Below, in pieces: positions 11,960 through 24,259 of a stretch of 64,000 bases of DNA. A program made the position numbers and the translations under genes. Each line of letters starts with the position of its first letter. Positions within the stretch are counted from its first letter, which is position 1. Below the pieces are notes generated by a model. The model was not told the DNA's origin. It ran no database searches and was given only the letters and a program-made list of their open reading frames with translations. Source of the DNA: Squalus acanthias (taxonomy: Eukaryota); NCBI GenBank assembly GCA_030390025.1, contig CM059431.1, positions 153,018,001 to 153,082,000 of the forward strand, in the 5' to 3' direction.

Positions 11960-14900
11960 GCCACGTGTAACTTCCCATAGGGATAAGCAGAACTGAGATT
12001 TCAATGTTTTGCTTCAAATGTTGTTTGCGAGGAAGAGTTTTCGATTCATGGGCACTGGCACCAGTTCTGGAAAAGGGGTGAGCTGTTCCATTGGCAGGGG
12101 CTCCACTTACCCGGACTAGGACCTGTATCCTGGTGAATCGAATAACACGGACTGTTGATGGGGCTTTAAACTAAACGTCAAGGTAATTCAGCAGTGTATC
12201 GATTTGGGTAAAGATAAGCAGAGTGTAACAGGAAAGGACAGACAGCGTAAAGGTAATAGTGCAACAGCGAATAAGGAGAAAGCAGCGAATAATTGTAAAA
12301 AAGTTAAAATTAAAGGCTGTTTATCTGAATGCACGAAGCATTCGTAACAAGGGATCTAAAATAAATGAAACCAGGCAAAATATAAACGAAACAGGAACGG
12401 AGAGCATAGGAAGGAGTAAACTAAGAGAGGAAAAAATCTCTAGGTATTAAATAGAGTTATAGAACTAGAGAGTAAAAATATGATTAAAAATAAAGTGACA
12501 AGAACTGCTATTAAGCATGAGCTAAACTCTCTGTACAGCGATGCACATTATTTCCGTAATAAAACAGGGGAACTGGAGGCAATAATATGTTGCGAGCAAC
12601 CAGATATTGTGGGGCATACTAAGACATGGCTACAGAAAAATCAGGACTGGAAATTAAACATTGCAGGGTATAACATATTTAGAAAAGATAGCGAGGGGAA
12701 AAGGGAGATGGAGCAGCTGTGCTTATTATAGATAACAGAATGGCAGTAGGAAAAATAACGCAGCTATCAGTAAGACCGAAATAGAATCCAAGTGCATAGA
12801 GATAAAAGATAATAAAGGATCAATCACAATCCTAGAGGTAGTCTATAGACCACTAATCGTGGAGATGAAGGAAGAAATATGGAAAAAAAATGAGAGAAAT
12901 TAGTAAAAAAAAAAGAATAAAAATCATGGGGAGTTTAAACTGCCCCGAAATTAATTGGACCGAAGAGGTAGGTAAAGGGGATAAGGAAATAGAGTTCGAT
13001 ACTATGTGCAAAGGATTCCTTTCGAAACCAATAGGTAAGAAGCCGAAAAGGGCGGATTAGCTACTGGATCGAGTAATTAGGAATGAACCAGAGCAGATAA
13101 GAGAAGTAAAAGTGGGGCAGCATCTAGGTAACAGTGACCATAATATAAAATGCTTTCAGGTAATATTTGAGAAGGACATAGATATGACGACGAACAGGGC
13201 AATATATTGGAGAAAATGCGATTTTGAGGGGCTGAGAATAGCACTTGGGACAATAAAATGTACAACAATATTGGCAGGCAAAGATGTAGAACAACAATGG
13301 GAAATATTTATTCAGCAGTGTCCAGGAAAATATATTCCACTAAAAATCAAGTACAAGTTAAACACCAATGAGACGCCATGGTTGAATAAAGACATAAGGG
13401 AAAAATTGAGAATAAGGAAAGAGGCATACACTAAGAAAATGGACAACAGGGGAGAGCATGGCAAGGGAGAATATGAAGCGAATAGGAGAGAAGTCAAAAA
13501 AATAACAGGAAGACAAAGGGGAACTATGCGATTAAATTAGCAAGGAACATAAAACAATGTAATAAAATATTCTACAGGCAGATAAATAAAAAAGGAAAGT
13601 CGGGAGGGGAATAGGCAATTAAGGAACGGTCAGGATAAATTCACAGGTAGCAATAGCGAAATGACAGAAATATTATATAATTACTCTACTTCAGTATTTA
13701 CTAGGGAGACGGTCAGGTAGATGTGACATCTGAAAATGAGATTAGAAATGATATAACCGCATTTAAAATTAAAAGGAGAACTATTAAATAAACGAATCAA
13801 ACTCAAACAGAATAAATGCCCTGCTCCAGACGTTTAACATCCACGCATTTTAAAGGAATCTAGGGAAGCGATAGAAGAGGTACTATTACACATATTTCAT
13901 CATTCGTTTGAAAAAGGTATTGTGCAAAAGGAATGGCGGATAGCTAACGTTATACCTATATTTAAGACAGGAGATGGAACATGTCCATGGGACTATAGAC
14001 CAGTCAGCTTAACATCGGTGGTAGGAAAAATAATGGAATCCCTACCAAAGGAAAAAATAGAAGAACGTCTAGAAGCCAAAAATATAATAATGAATAGTCA
14101 GCATGCATTTCCAAGGAGAAAGTCTTGCTTGACCACAATCATTTAATTATTTGAAGAGGTAACAAAGAGCGTTGACAAGGGTAAAAAGTAAACGTAATTT
14201 ATCGAGATTTCAACAAAGCCTTCGATAAAGTACTGCAGAAAAGACTAATGAAAAAGATCAGAGAATGCGGAGTGCGGCAACAAGTAGCAGAATGGATAGC
14301 TAGCTGGCTTCAAGACAGAAAGCAGAGAGTAGGTGTAAAGGTTAGCTAAACAGAGCGGTAGGATATGAAAAGTGGGGTCCCATATTGATCAGTGCTTGCC
14401 ATGTTTGTTCACAATTTATGTTAACAATTTAGGCTTTGATTCAAAAACACTATTTCTAAATTGGCGGATGTCACCAAATTGGGGGAAGGGTGCGGCTGTG
14501 ATAGTCAATACTGAGGAGGACTGCAACAAATTACAAGAAGACATTAATAAACTTGCAGAATGGGTAAATACATTTCAACACAGATAAATGGGAGGTGTTA
14601 CATTTTGGTAAGAAAAATAAGGAAGTCACATATTATTTGGAAAATAAGAATCTAAATGGGACAGAAAAGCAAAGCGATCTTGGATTACAAATACACAAAT
14701 CACTAAAACTAGCGACGCAGGTTTATAAATGCAAGCGACACATAAAAAAGCAAACCAAGCACTAGGGTTTATTTCAAGAGGGATAGAATTGAAAATTTGT
14801 GAATTATGCGAAACTTGAATCGAACCTTAGTAATACCACCCTTGGAGAACTGCGGACAGTTCTGGTCGCCATATTATAAAAAAAGATATAGAGGCACTGG

Positions 14901-15390
14901 AGAGGGTGCAAAAAATATTTACAAGGATCATACAAGAACTGCGAGGATATACCTATCAGGAACGTATGAACAGGCTGGGTCTCTTTTCTATTGAAAAGAG
15001 AAGGCTGAGGGGTGACCTAATAGAGGTCTTTAAAATATGAAAAGGTTTTGATAGAGTAGACAGAGAAAGAATGTTTCAACTTGTGGTGAAAAGCAAATCT
15101 AAAGGCCATCAATGTAAGAGAGTCACCAACAAATCAAATACGGAATTCATAAGAAAGTTCGTACCAATAGAATGTGAGGATGTGAACCTCGCTACCACAG
15201 GGAGTGGTTCCAGCAAACAGTATAGACACATTTGAAGGGAGGCTAGATAAGAATAGGAGGGAGAAGAGAATATAGGGTTGTGCTGATAGAGTTAGATGAG
15301 GAAAGATGAAAGGAGGCTCGACTGGAGCTTAAACGCCGACATGGACTGGTTGGGCCGAATGGTCTGTTTCTGTGCTGTATATCCTGTATA
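11960..15390 (+). mobile_element. Old, long, fragmented CR1 LINE (ORF1 end, EN and RT remnants)
   Basis: YLNARSIRNK, PDIVGHTKTWL, HLGNSDHN, WRIANVIPIFKTG...DYRPVSLTSVVGKIMES; many stops and frameshifts. Confidence 0.9.
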
Positions 15391-16078
15391 AACCGCGTCC
15401 ATCTCCAAGAGAAAGCAATCAATTAAAAATCTTAACTGCACTTACCTGACTTGTACTAGATTGTGAATTGATACCAGGATGAGTTTTTTGGCGAGTTGTG
15501 CCCAGGTGATTTAGGTTAAGAAGGTACGGGACAGAATAGGAAGAAGCAGACTGCTGCCATTATTTGAGGGATCTGGAACTAACAGCTATAGATTAAAGAA
15601 TGGATTGAAGAGATTTAGAACGGGTGGTCAGAGACTCCTCTTTACATAGAGAGTGGTGAAGCTGTGGAATTAACAGAGGCAGAAATGATGCCAATATTGG
15701 AGACTAAATTGTATGAACAAAAATAGGTTGAATTGATGTTGAGACCGGGCGGATAAAGTGATTGGAACTATTTGATCGGCTGGAGGGTAAATGCTGAGAA
15801 GGACTAATTGGGTTAAACATTCTTTTCCCCTCTTATAACATTCCAACAAACTGATAACTATTTGACATTTTCAGTGAATATCTGTGAACAAAGATGTCTA
15901 ATGTCGCATTGACGAGTCAAGTTCCTACTGTCTCCATCATTAGACACTGATCAGGAGACAGGGCCCCGTTCTATTGGTCCAGGTGACAATGGGGGGCGGA
16001 GTCTGATGGGGAGTCCAGCGCCTGCAACATTCACATCAAGATTACAGAATTACAAATAAACACCATTGTAAACACAAT

Positions 16079-16837
16079 GGCCCAGAAATTAAACATCAAT
16101 GGTTGCCGTGGGGGTAAGGAGCCCCCGCGATATCGCACTCCGCGCCTGCCTTTATGGTTGGGGCCCACACGAACTTCAGTTCGAGGGCCTCTCCCTGGTG
16201 CCAGCGCGCAGTGTGTGCTTGTCCCAGAGGCGCAATTAGTTTGTGCGACCTCTGGAATCACGTGGGTCAGTTAGAGCCAATGGCAGCACACCATCTTTCA
16301 TTCATAGTTTTGACAGGAAGACCTGTCAAAGCTATGAATACAACAAGCCCCCAAAAGAACAGCTAAACCTCAATTAAATTTAAAAAGCCAACACATTAAT
16401 AAAATAACTATAGTTAAATAAATTAACCACTTTAAACAAAAAATTAAATTTTTGAAAAAATTTAAATTCTTTTTAAAAGTTATAAAAATAAACTTACTTT
16501 TCTTTAAAGTCTCTAAAAAAGATAAACCTGTTGAAAAAAATGTAAAATAACACTTAATTAACTACTTACCTTGTTAAAAGGGGGTCTTACGCCTGCTTTC
16601 TTCATGTGTAAAACATCCTACACTTACCTGCGCGTTCAAACCTGAAAAAAAACTAAGTGCACTGCGTGCGCGCAACCTGTAGGGCGCACGCGGTTCACTT
16701 AGGAAGCGCCCCGTCGCCATACACGAACTGCCGGTTTCCCGCGCATGCGCAGTGCATGCAGGAAACCGGCAATTCGGGACCGAATACGCGAGAGTACACA
16801 GTGCGTACTCTCCCGTATTAGGTCTAATTTTCGGGCC
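16079..16837. mobile_element. MITE (Harbinger-like), present in the left arm only
   Basis: TIRs ggcccagaaatta / taattttcgggcc; the empty paralogous site is at ~34115-34165. Confidence 0.75.
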
Positions 16838-17192
16838 ATTGTTTCTACACTAAAGGAATGTCTATCTGTTAATTAAACTGAGCGTCTCACTCCAGTAGCT
16901 GCTGCCTGAGGTAGTTAACGCTGACCGCACATGTTCTACTTCACTGCTGAAGCTCAGCCATGACTGTTCTCCAAGAATCTTGAGCGGGAAGGATCTGTTT
17001 TAGCTAGGAATCGATTATGTTCACCCGGGGAAAGCAGCAGCCATCAAACACACGGCACAAAGGGGGAGGATTATTTCCTGAACCCTGTTAATTTTCACAA
17101 GAACAATCGGCTTTTGTCCCAAGGGAAAGATTGCCATTCTAAAACGGGACACGGTCTGTAATTGAGCACTAGTTAGGACAGGAAGCTATTGT

Positions 17193-18100
17193 TTAATTCT
17201 TCATTTTATGAACCAATATCAGAATCAATGTCCAAGGAGATTTCACCATCTTCACCAACTCTTGCCTGAATTTGGTTTGTGTCGCTGCATAAATGCAGGT
17301 TTTTGTACAGGAACTCAAATATAAGAGCATAAATCCGCTTTCAGCCAGGATGTATGCAGGGGTTTCGTACTCACCTTTGTAGTAAACGGCCAGGCTGTTC
17401 TTCAAGTTACTCACGACAGATGTCAACCACAACAGAATAAAACTGCCCGATACAGTGAACAGTAAAATGATGGATTTCCTCCGGCTCTCCATCTCTGGAT
17501 CGCTCTGATTCTCACTGCAGTGACCCCGGAGTCCCCTGCGGGCCCCACTGCTTACTACAATTCGTCTGACTGTAAAACAATTAAACAGTAATATCAAAGC
17601 AACAGCAAACCATGGAACTAAAATTATCTGAATGCGCAAATAGGCTATGCCTGCAGGCGATGAATAAAAGGTTACATTGGCGCGGCATCCCCAGGAAACA
17701 TTGTTAATGATTCGTTGAGATTCATAGGAGAAAGCAAAGGGGATATTCTCTATACAGGCCAGCACAAGGACAGTTGTTAAAACAGCTGCCGCAGTTCTCA
17801 ATGTGCAATACTTCGTTTTAATCTTCTGACAACATATTGTTACAAATCGGTCAAAAGTGAACAAGGCTGGAAACCACACGGACATATCCAGGGTGACGGT
17901 ATTGATGTAATTAATGGATTTACACACGGCAGTGTAGGCCAGGACTGATTGCGGAAAGTGGTAACAGAAAATCTGAAACACCAGTATATGGAAGATGATG
18001 ACCAGTAGATCTGCTGTCGCCATGGCCACCATGTAGACCGAGATACATTTGGAAAGGCCGCAATTTCCTCTGGAGAGAATCAGGATTGTCAGTAGGTTCG
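17193..18100 (-). CDS. GPR139-like: GPR139-like class A GPCR, copy L, exon 2 (end of TM1 through C-terminus)
   Basis: Acceptor ttcattacag|cg at 18101/18100; ANLLTILILSRGNCGLSK, MVAMATADLL (TM2), FTFDRF (DRY-like), DPEMESRRKS, TCIY (TM7); open to the stop at 17193. Confidence 0.9.
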
Positions 18101-18189
18101 CTGTAATGAAGATGGAGAAGAGTTTAGTACAAGGGATATCCTGTTAAACCTCACAGCTTATTGTGGGGGAACGCTCAGATGTGTCCCTA

Positions 18190-18690
18190 CATTCTGGTAA
18201 ATCTCCTCTGCACCCTCTCTAAGGCCTTCACATCCTTCCTAAAGTGTGGTGACCAGAACTGGACGCAATACTCCAGTTGTTGTCCAACCAGTGCTTTATA
18301 AAGGTTCAGCAGCACTTCTCTGCTTTTGTACTCAATACCGCTATTTATGAAGCCCAAGATCCCATATGCTTTTTTAACCACTCTCTCAATATGTCCCGCC
18401 ACCATCAGGGTCCTTTGCACATTAACTCCCAGGTCCCTCTGTCTCTGCACACTCTTTAAAATTGTGCCATTGAGTGTATATTGCCTCTCCCTTTTCCTTC
18501 TGCCAAAATGCATCTCCTCACACTTCTTTGTATTAAATTCCATCTGCCACTTGTCTGCCCATTCTGCGAGCCTTTCTATGTTCTGTTGCAGCTACTGTTT
18601 GCCACACCCCCAAGTTTGGTGTCATCGGCAAATTTAGCAATTCTACCCTGTATTCCAATATCCAGGTCATTTATATATATCTTAAAAAAT
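18190..18690 (-). mobile_element. Internal CR1 RT fragment in the intron of copy L only
   Basis: MEFNTKKCEEMHFGRR...QRDLGVNV...LEYCVQFWSPHFRKDV; no CR1 3' tail; absent from the copy R intron. Confidence 0.88.
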
Positions 18691-18878
18691 TGATTTAAAA
18701 GGAATGAAACATTGAATATTCAATATAGAGGGACTCAAATTCCGACTCCCTTCCACCATACTTCAGGCAGTGGTTAAATATAATTTCGCAGCAATTACTG
18801 GAAATATCTGGATTCAATAAAACATTCAGCTGTTAGGTGGAGGTAGCTGCAGTCCGAGCAATTATCAACTTAAAATAG

Positions 18879-20409
18879 TGGTCATGATGTGGAGATGCCG
18901 GCGTTGGACTGGGGTGTACAAAAATGAGAAGTCGCACAACACCAGGTTATAGTCCAACAGATTTATTTAAAATTACAAGCTTTCGGAGCTGTCGCCCCTC
19001 CCTCAGGCAGAGTTACTGTGAGACAATCTACCAGAATTCACAGAATATAAACACAGAGAAAATGCATTCAATCTTTCACTACAGCAAAGACACACTAAGA
19101 GCACAGCCAAGACAATGAGATGTGTCCCAGTGGGTCCAACGTGTCAAAACACCTGCTGGCTGCATATCCTCTCCATTTGGGTTTGTTTCTTGTGTTTGTT
19201 TTTTGTGTTTGTTTTTTTTTAAAGCTGGAAAGACCGGGAACGATGTCAAGTCACGTTCTGTATCGTGACATGAACCCGATATCCCGATTGAGGCCGTCCT
19301 CATGAGTGCGGAACTTGGTTATTAGTTTCTGCTGGATGATTTTGCGTTGTCGTGTATCCCGAAGGCCGCCTTGGAGAATGCTAACCCGCATATCCGAGGC
19401 TGAATGCCCTTGACTGCTGAAGTGTTCCCCGACTGGGAGGCAACCCTCCTGCCTGGCGATTGTTGCACGGTGTCTGTTCATACGTTGTCTCAGTGTCTGC
19501 ATGGTCTCGCCGATGTACCATGCTCTGGGGCATCCTTTACTGCGACGTATCAGGTATACAACGTTCGGCGAGTCACATGAGTATGTACCATGTACCTGGT
19601 GGGTAGTGTCCTCACGTGGGATGACGGTATCTGTGTCCATGATCTGGCATGTCTTGCAGAGGTTGCCGTGGCAGGGTAGTGTGGTGTCGTGGTCGCTGTT
19701 TTCCTGAAAGCTGGGTAATTTGCTGCGAACGATGGTACTTTTGAGGTTAGGCGGCTGCTTGCAGGCGAGTAGTGGAGGCGTGGGGATGGCCTTAGCAGTA
19801 AAGGATGCCCCAGAGCATGGTACATCGGCGAGACCATGCAGACACTGAGACAACGTATGAACGGACACCGCGCAACAATCGCCAGGCAGGAGTTTTGCCT
19901 CCAAGTCGGGGAACACTTCAGCAGTCAAGGGCATTCAGCCTCGGATCCTCGGGTTAGGGTTCTCCAAGGCGGCCTTCGGGATACACGACAACGCAAAATC
20001 ATCGAGCAGAAACTGATAGCCAAGTTCCGCACTCATGAGAACGGCCTCAATCGGGATATCGGGTTCATGTCATGATACAGAACGTGACTTGACATCGTTG
20101 CCGGTCTTTCCAGCTTTTAAAAAAACAAACACAAGAAACAAACACAAGAAACAAACCCAAATGGAGAGGATATGCAGCCAGCAGGTGTTTTGACACGTTG
20201 GACCCCCTGGGACACATCTCATTGTCTTGGCTGTGCTCTTAGTGAGTCTTTGATGTAGGGAAAGATTGAATGCATTTTCTCTGTGTTTATATTCTGTGAA
20301 TTCTGGTAGATTGTCTCACAGTAACTCTGCCTGAGGAAGGGGCGACAGATCCGAAAGCTTGTAATTTTAAATAAATCTGTTGGACTATAACCTGGTGTTG
20401 TGCGACTTC
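18879..20409. mobile_element. Penelope-like element: GIY-YIG endonuclease 3' part with inverted (fold-back) terminal repeats
   Basis: Minus strand 19251-19790 encodes KQPPNLK...CKTC...NVVYLI...WYIGETMQTLRQRM...VGEHF...GLNRD. Arms 18924-19543 and 19795-20411 are inverted; TSD tcaacttaaaatag at 18865-18878 and 20410-20423. Confidence 0.92.
20326..20365 (+). ncRNA. Minimal hammerhead-ribozyme-like motif in the Penelope repeat
   Basis: cCTGAGGAaggggcgacagatccGAAAgctt (CUGANGA...GAAA); the inverted copy at ~18976-19010 has the variant CTGAGGG. Confidence 0.6.
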
Positions 20410-20733
20410 TCAACTTAAAATAGACAGGGAAACACGGGACAAATGAAATAAATACTATGGACACTAAGAAACACATCCTTTACTGGACTATGTACTGTTG
20501 GAGGGGCCGGGTAATCAGCCTCGCCCTCCCTCAGTGTAGAGAGGAAATTTGAGTGCCCCGTGGCCAAGATCTGCCTGACAGAATAGAGCCTAACCGGCCG
20601 CGCAGACTGGTTGGATTCCCGCTGATATTCACCAAATTATCCCGGTAGATAAATGATCTTCACGGAATCTGTTACACAATCATTAACAGTGAGATCGTCA
20701 ACAACTATTAAACAACAGGATGCTTTGATTAAC

Positions 20734-20803
20734 CGAGAATACCAAAGACTGCGAGAAAATTATAGTATATGTCCTTTATCTGTAGAATTATTGGCCGTGC
20801 CAT
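20734..20803 (-). CDS. GPR139-like: GPR139-like GPCR, copy L, exon 1
   Basis: MARPIILQIKDIYYNFLAVFGIL + g|gttaat; the phase-1 donor joins exon 2 in frame to give 325 aa. Confidence 0.85.
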
Positions 20804-21199
20804 TTTTAGAAGGAAGTGCGAAAACTGTCCTGCTTTAATGTTCCGACTGGATTATATCCGAGATCAGTAAATGCTCCCCCTTTATAGAACAATCCATCCA
20901 CCGGTGAGCAAACCAGGTTACACAATAATTGAACTTAGTTACTGTCACTTAACAAACAAGGGGCTATTTTCCGCTACAGTGCGTCCGGTCCACCAATGGG
21001 GAAATTGAACAGCTCAGTCCATGAAACTCCATCCAGTTAAATCAAAGAAAGGGAGTTAATCCCCGATGAAATGTGCTCTGCGCCCGTCATGTGATCTCTG
21101 AAGGGAACATCTCTCCAAGTCCCTGCGTTAGCTTCTTAGAGCCTCACATAATTTGGTGAAATCTTCTCTCATCCATTACATGAGTAATGCTTTAACGTT

Positions 21200-22720
21200 A
21201 CTGTAGATATCTCTGCCCTGACATTACTGGTCGTCACCCTTCTCTAATATTACTACTGGTAATCCAAAAGTAATATTACTGGTGGTGGCCATCATCTAAC
21301 ATTAATGGTGATGGGCCTAAGCTAATATTACTAGTGGTGAACCTACACTAACATTACTGGTCATGACTCAACATAAGATTACTGATGGAGACCCTGAACT
21401 AACATTACTGGTGATGATCCTCCTCTAACATTGATGGTAGTGACCCAACTTTAACATTACTGGTGGTGACTCTACTCTTGTCTTGCAGCTGGTGACAGCA
21501 CTCGTAACATTACTGGTGGTGAGCACACTTTACCATTACTGGTGTTAAATCTACTCCAACATTGCTGGTATTGAGCCTACACTAACATTACTGGTGGTGA
21601 CCCTAAATTAACAGTACTGGGATGATTCCAATCTAACATTACTAGTAGTGACTCTACTCTAACACTGAGGGTGGCGACTCTACTGTAACATTGCTGGTAT
21701 TGACCCTACTCTAATATGTGTGGTGTTGACCCTATTCTAACGTTAATTGTGGTGACTGTACAATAACATTGCTGGTGTTGACACTAGTCCAACATTACTG
21801 ACTCTGAAAATACTCTAACTTTATTGGTTGTGACCGCACTCTAACATTAATGTTTGTTAGTCTAAAGTTACTGGAGTTAACGTTACTGGAGCAGAAGCAT
21901 CCGGGAAGGCGCCGAGTACCTCTAGTCACTTCGCCGGGAGCAAGCGGAAGTAACGCAAGGAGCGCACGTCAACCCAAGCACCCCACCCACCCGCCCGTTC
22001 AAGCACCGTCTGCCCCACCTGTGAAAGAAACTGTAGGTCCCGCATTCGACTCATCAGTCACCTCAGACTCATTTTTAGTGTGGAAGCAAGTCATCCTCGG
22101 TTCCGAGGGAGCACCTAAGAAGAAGAAGAGACTGGAGTTTAATCTGCTCTAACATTACTGGTAGTGAACCTATTCTAACATTACCGCTGCGGAATCTAAT
22201 CTAACGTTACTGGTGGTGACTGCACTCTAACATTACTAGTGGTGACCCTACACTAATATTACTGATGGTGATCCGACTCTAACATTGATGTTGGTGACTC
22301 TACTTTATTAATGCTGGTGCTGAATCTACACTAATATTACTAGTGATGATCCAAGTATAACAGTACTGGTGTAGACCCTATTCTAACATTACTGGTGCTG
22401 AATCTACATTAATATAACTGGTGATGACACTTGTCTAACATTACTGGTGAAGTCCCTACTCTAACCTTACTGCTGTTGACCCTACTCAAACGTTGCTGAT
22501 GCTGACTCTACTCTAACAATACTGGTGATGACCCTACTCTAACATTACTGGTGGTGACTCTACTCTAACCATATTGCTGATGACCCTATTCTGACATTAC
22601 TGGTGGTGACTCGAATCTAACATTACTGGTGGTGACTCTAATCTAACAGTACTGATGATGACCTTACTCTAACATTACTGGAGGCGACTGTACTGGAACA
22701 TAACTGGTAGTGACCCTCGT
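21200..22720 (-). repeat. 26-bp minisatellite in reverse orientation (actctactctaacattactggtggtg)n, degenerate
   Basis: Reverse complement of the array at 23490-31520. Confidence 0.92.
21893..22131 (+). mobile_element. RTE LINE 3' end
   Basis: ctcatcagtcacctcagactcatttttagtgtggaagcaagtcatcctcggttccgaggga...(aag)n is the same terminus as 26618-26700 (-). Confidence 0.8.
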
Positions 22721-22729
22721 CTAACCGCA

Positions 22730-23480
22730 GTGCTTCTTCTAAGGAGGCGGACTGATTCATCAGCTTAGGGAAGGCGGTTGTTAATCAGTCGGAGCTTCTC
22801 TTGCCCATGTTTGACCTGTTGCCCCGAGACATCATGGAGTTCGAAATAAATGTTGAGGACTCTCAGGGCCACTCCGACCCGACTGTAAAATGGAGTACCG
22901 CCTCATCTGGTGGGTCTGTCCTGCTGGTGGGACAGGATAGATCCAGGGATGGAGATGGAAGAGACTGGGACATTGGCTGAAAGATATGATTCTGTCAGTA
23001 TGACTGTGTCAGGCTGCTGTTGGACTAGGCTGTGGAGCAGCTCAGCTAATTTTAGCACAAGTCCCCAGATGTTAATGATGAGGAATTTGCAGGGTCGAAT
23101 GGGTGGTCTGTGCCTTTGTCGTGTCAGAACCCGATCCGTCCAATTTTATTCTTATTATACTCATTTAGAGCGCGTTGATACAAATGAGTGGCTTCTTCGG
23201 CCATTTCAGAAGATAATTAAGAGTCAGATATAGACCTTACAGGCAAAGGATGGCAGGTTTCTTCCCTACTATCCATTAGTGAACAACTTGCCTTTCTACA
23301 ATAATCGATAGCTTTATGTACATCATGCATCAATACTTTCATTTTATTAGAGATTTATTTAACTGACTGCATTGAAATTCCCAGATTGCCATGGGAAGGC
23401 TCGGGTTTGGAACTCACAGCTTCGTATTATTGGTCCCGCCCTCTGGATTACCAGTCAAGCAACATAACCATTATGCTGCC
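22730..23480 (-). mobile_element. 5' part (UTR/EN) of a second CR1-group LINE family, degenerate
   Basis: 22760-22860 resembles 61660-61760; 23040-23090 is the reverse complement of 24655-24710. Confidence 0.7.
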
Positions 23481-24259
23481 GGACCTACGAGAGGTCACCA
23501 GCAGAAATGTCAGAGACTTGTCCTCGCCATTATTGTGAGTGTGGAGTCATCATCAATAATCATACAGTAGGGTCATCAACAGTACTGTTCGAGTAGGTTC
23601 AATACCGTTAATGTTAGAGTAGAGTCACCACATGTCATGTTAGTTGGGGCTCACAATCAGTAAATTTAGAGTTGCATCTCCACCGCTGATGGTAAAATAG
23701 GTCACCACCATTGATGTTAGAATACAATCAACACCGCTAATGTTAGGGTAGTGTAAGCAAGAGCAGTGTTCGATTAGAGTCAGCAACAATAATGCTAGAG
23801 TAGGAATAAAGGCCAGTCATGTTAGAGTAAGTTCACCACCGGTGATGTCAGAGTAGGGTCACCACCTGTATTGTTAGAGTAGAGTTATCAACAGTAATTT
23901 TATAGCAGGATCACCTCTGATATTATTAGGTCCGACTATTGAACAGAACTTGTTATCGTGCAGTTCCAAACATTAATGTTGCAGTAGGGTGACTACCAGT
24001 AACGTTAGATTAGGCTACAACCCCAGTAGTGTTAGAACTGAGTCATGATCAATAATGTTAGAGTCTGGTCATCACCAGTAACGTTGGAGCAGAGTCACCA
24101 TCAGTAAGGTCAGAGGCGAATCACCACCAGTGATAATAGAGTAGGGTCAACACCAGTAGGGTTAGAGTAGGATCAACACCAGCAATAAAGGTAGAGTAGG
24201 GTCAACACTAGAAATGTTAAAGTAGGGAATAGGCCAGTAATGTTATAGTAGGATAACTT

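Larger units (their letters stand above)
90..22720. repeat. Left arm of a large inverted segmental duplication
   Basis: Colinear reverse-complement matches to the right arm: 90-180 vs 47585-47680, ORF 1320-1550(-) vs 45837-46067(+), GPCR exons, and shared LINE remnants and minisatellites in mirrored order. Confidence 0.92.

Noticed and set aside
19251..19934. 227-aa ORF as a complete endonuclease gene
   Set aside because: Its first ~47 codons are the antisense of the inverted arm; it is a truncated Penelope ORF lacking RT.
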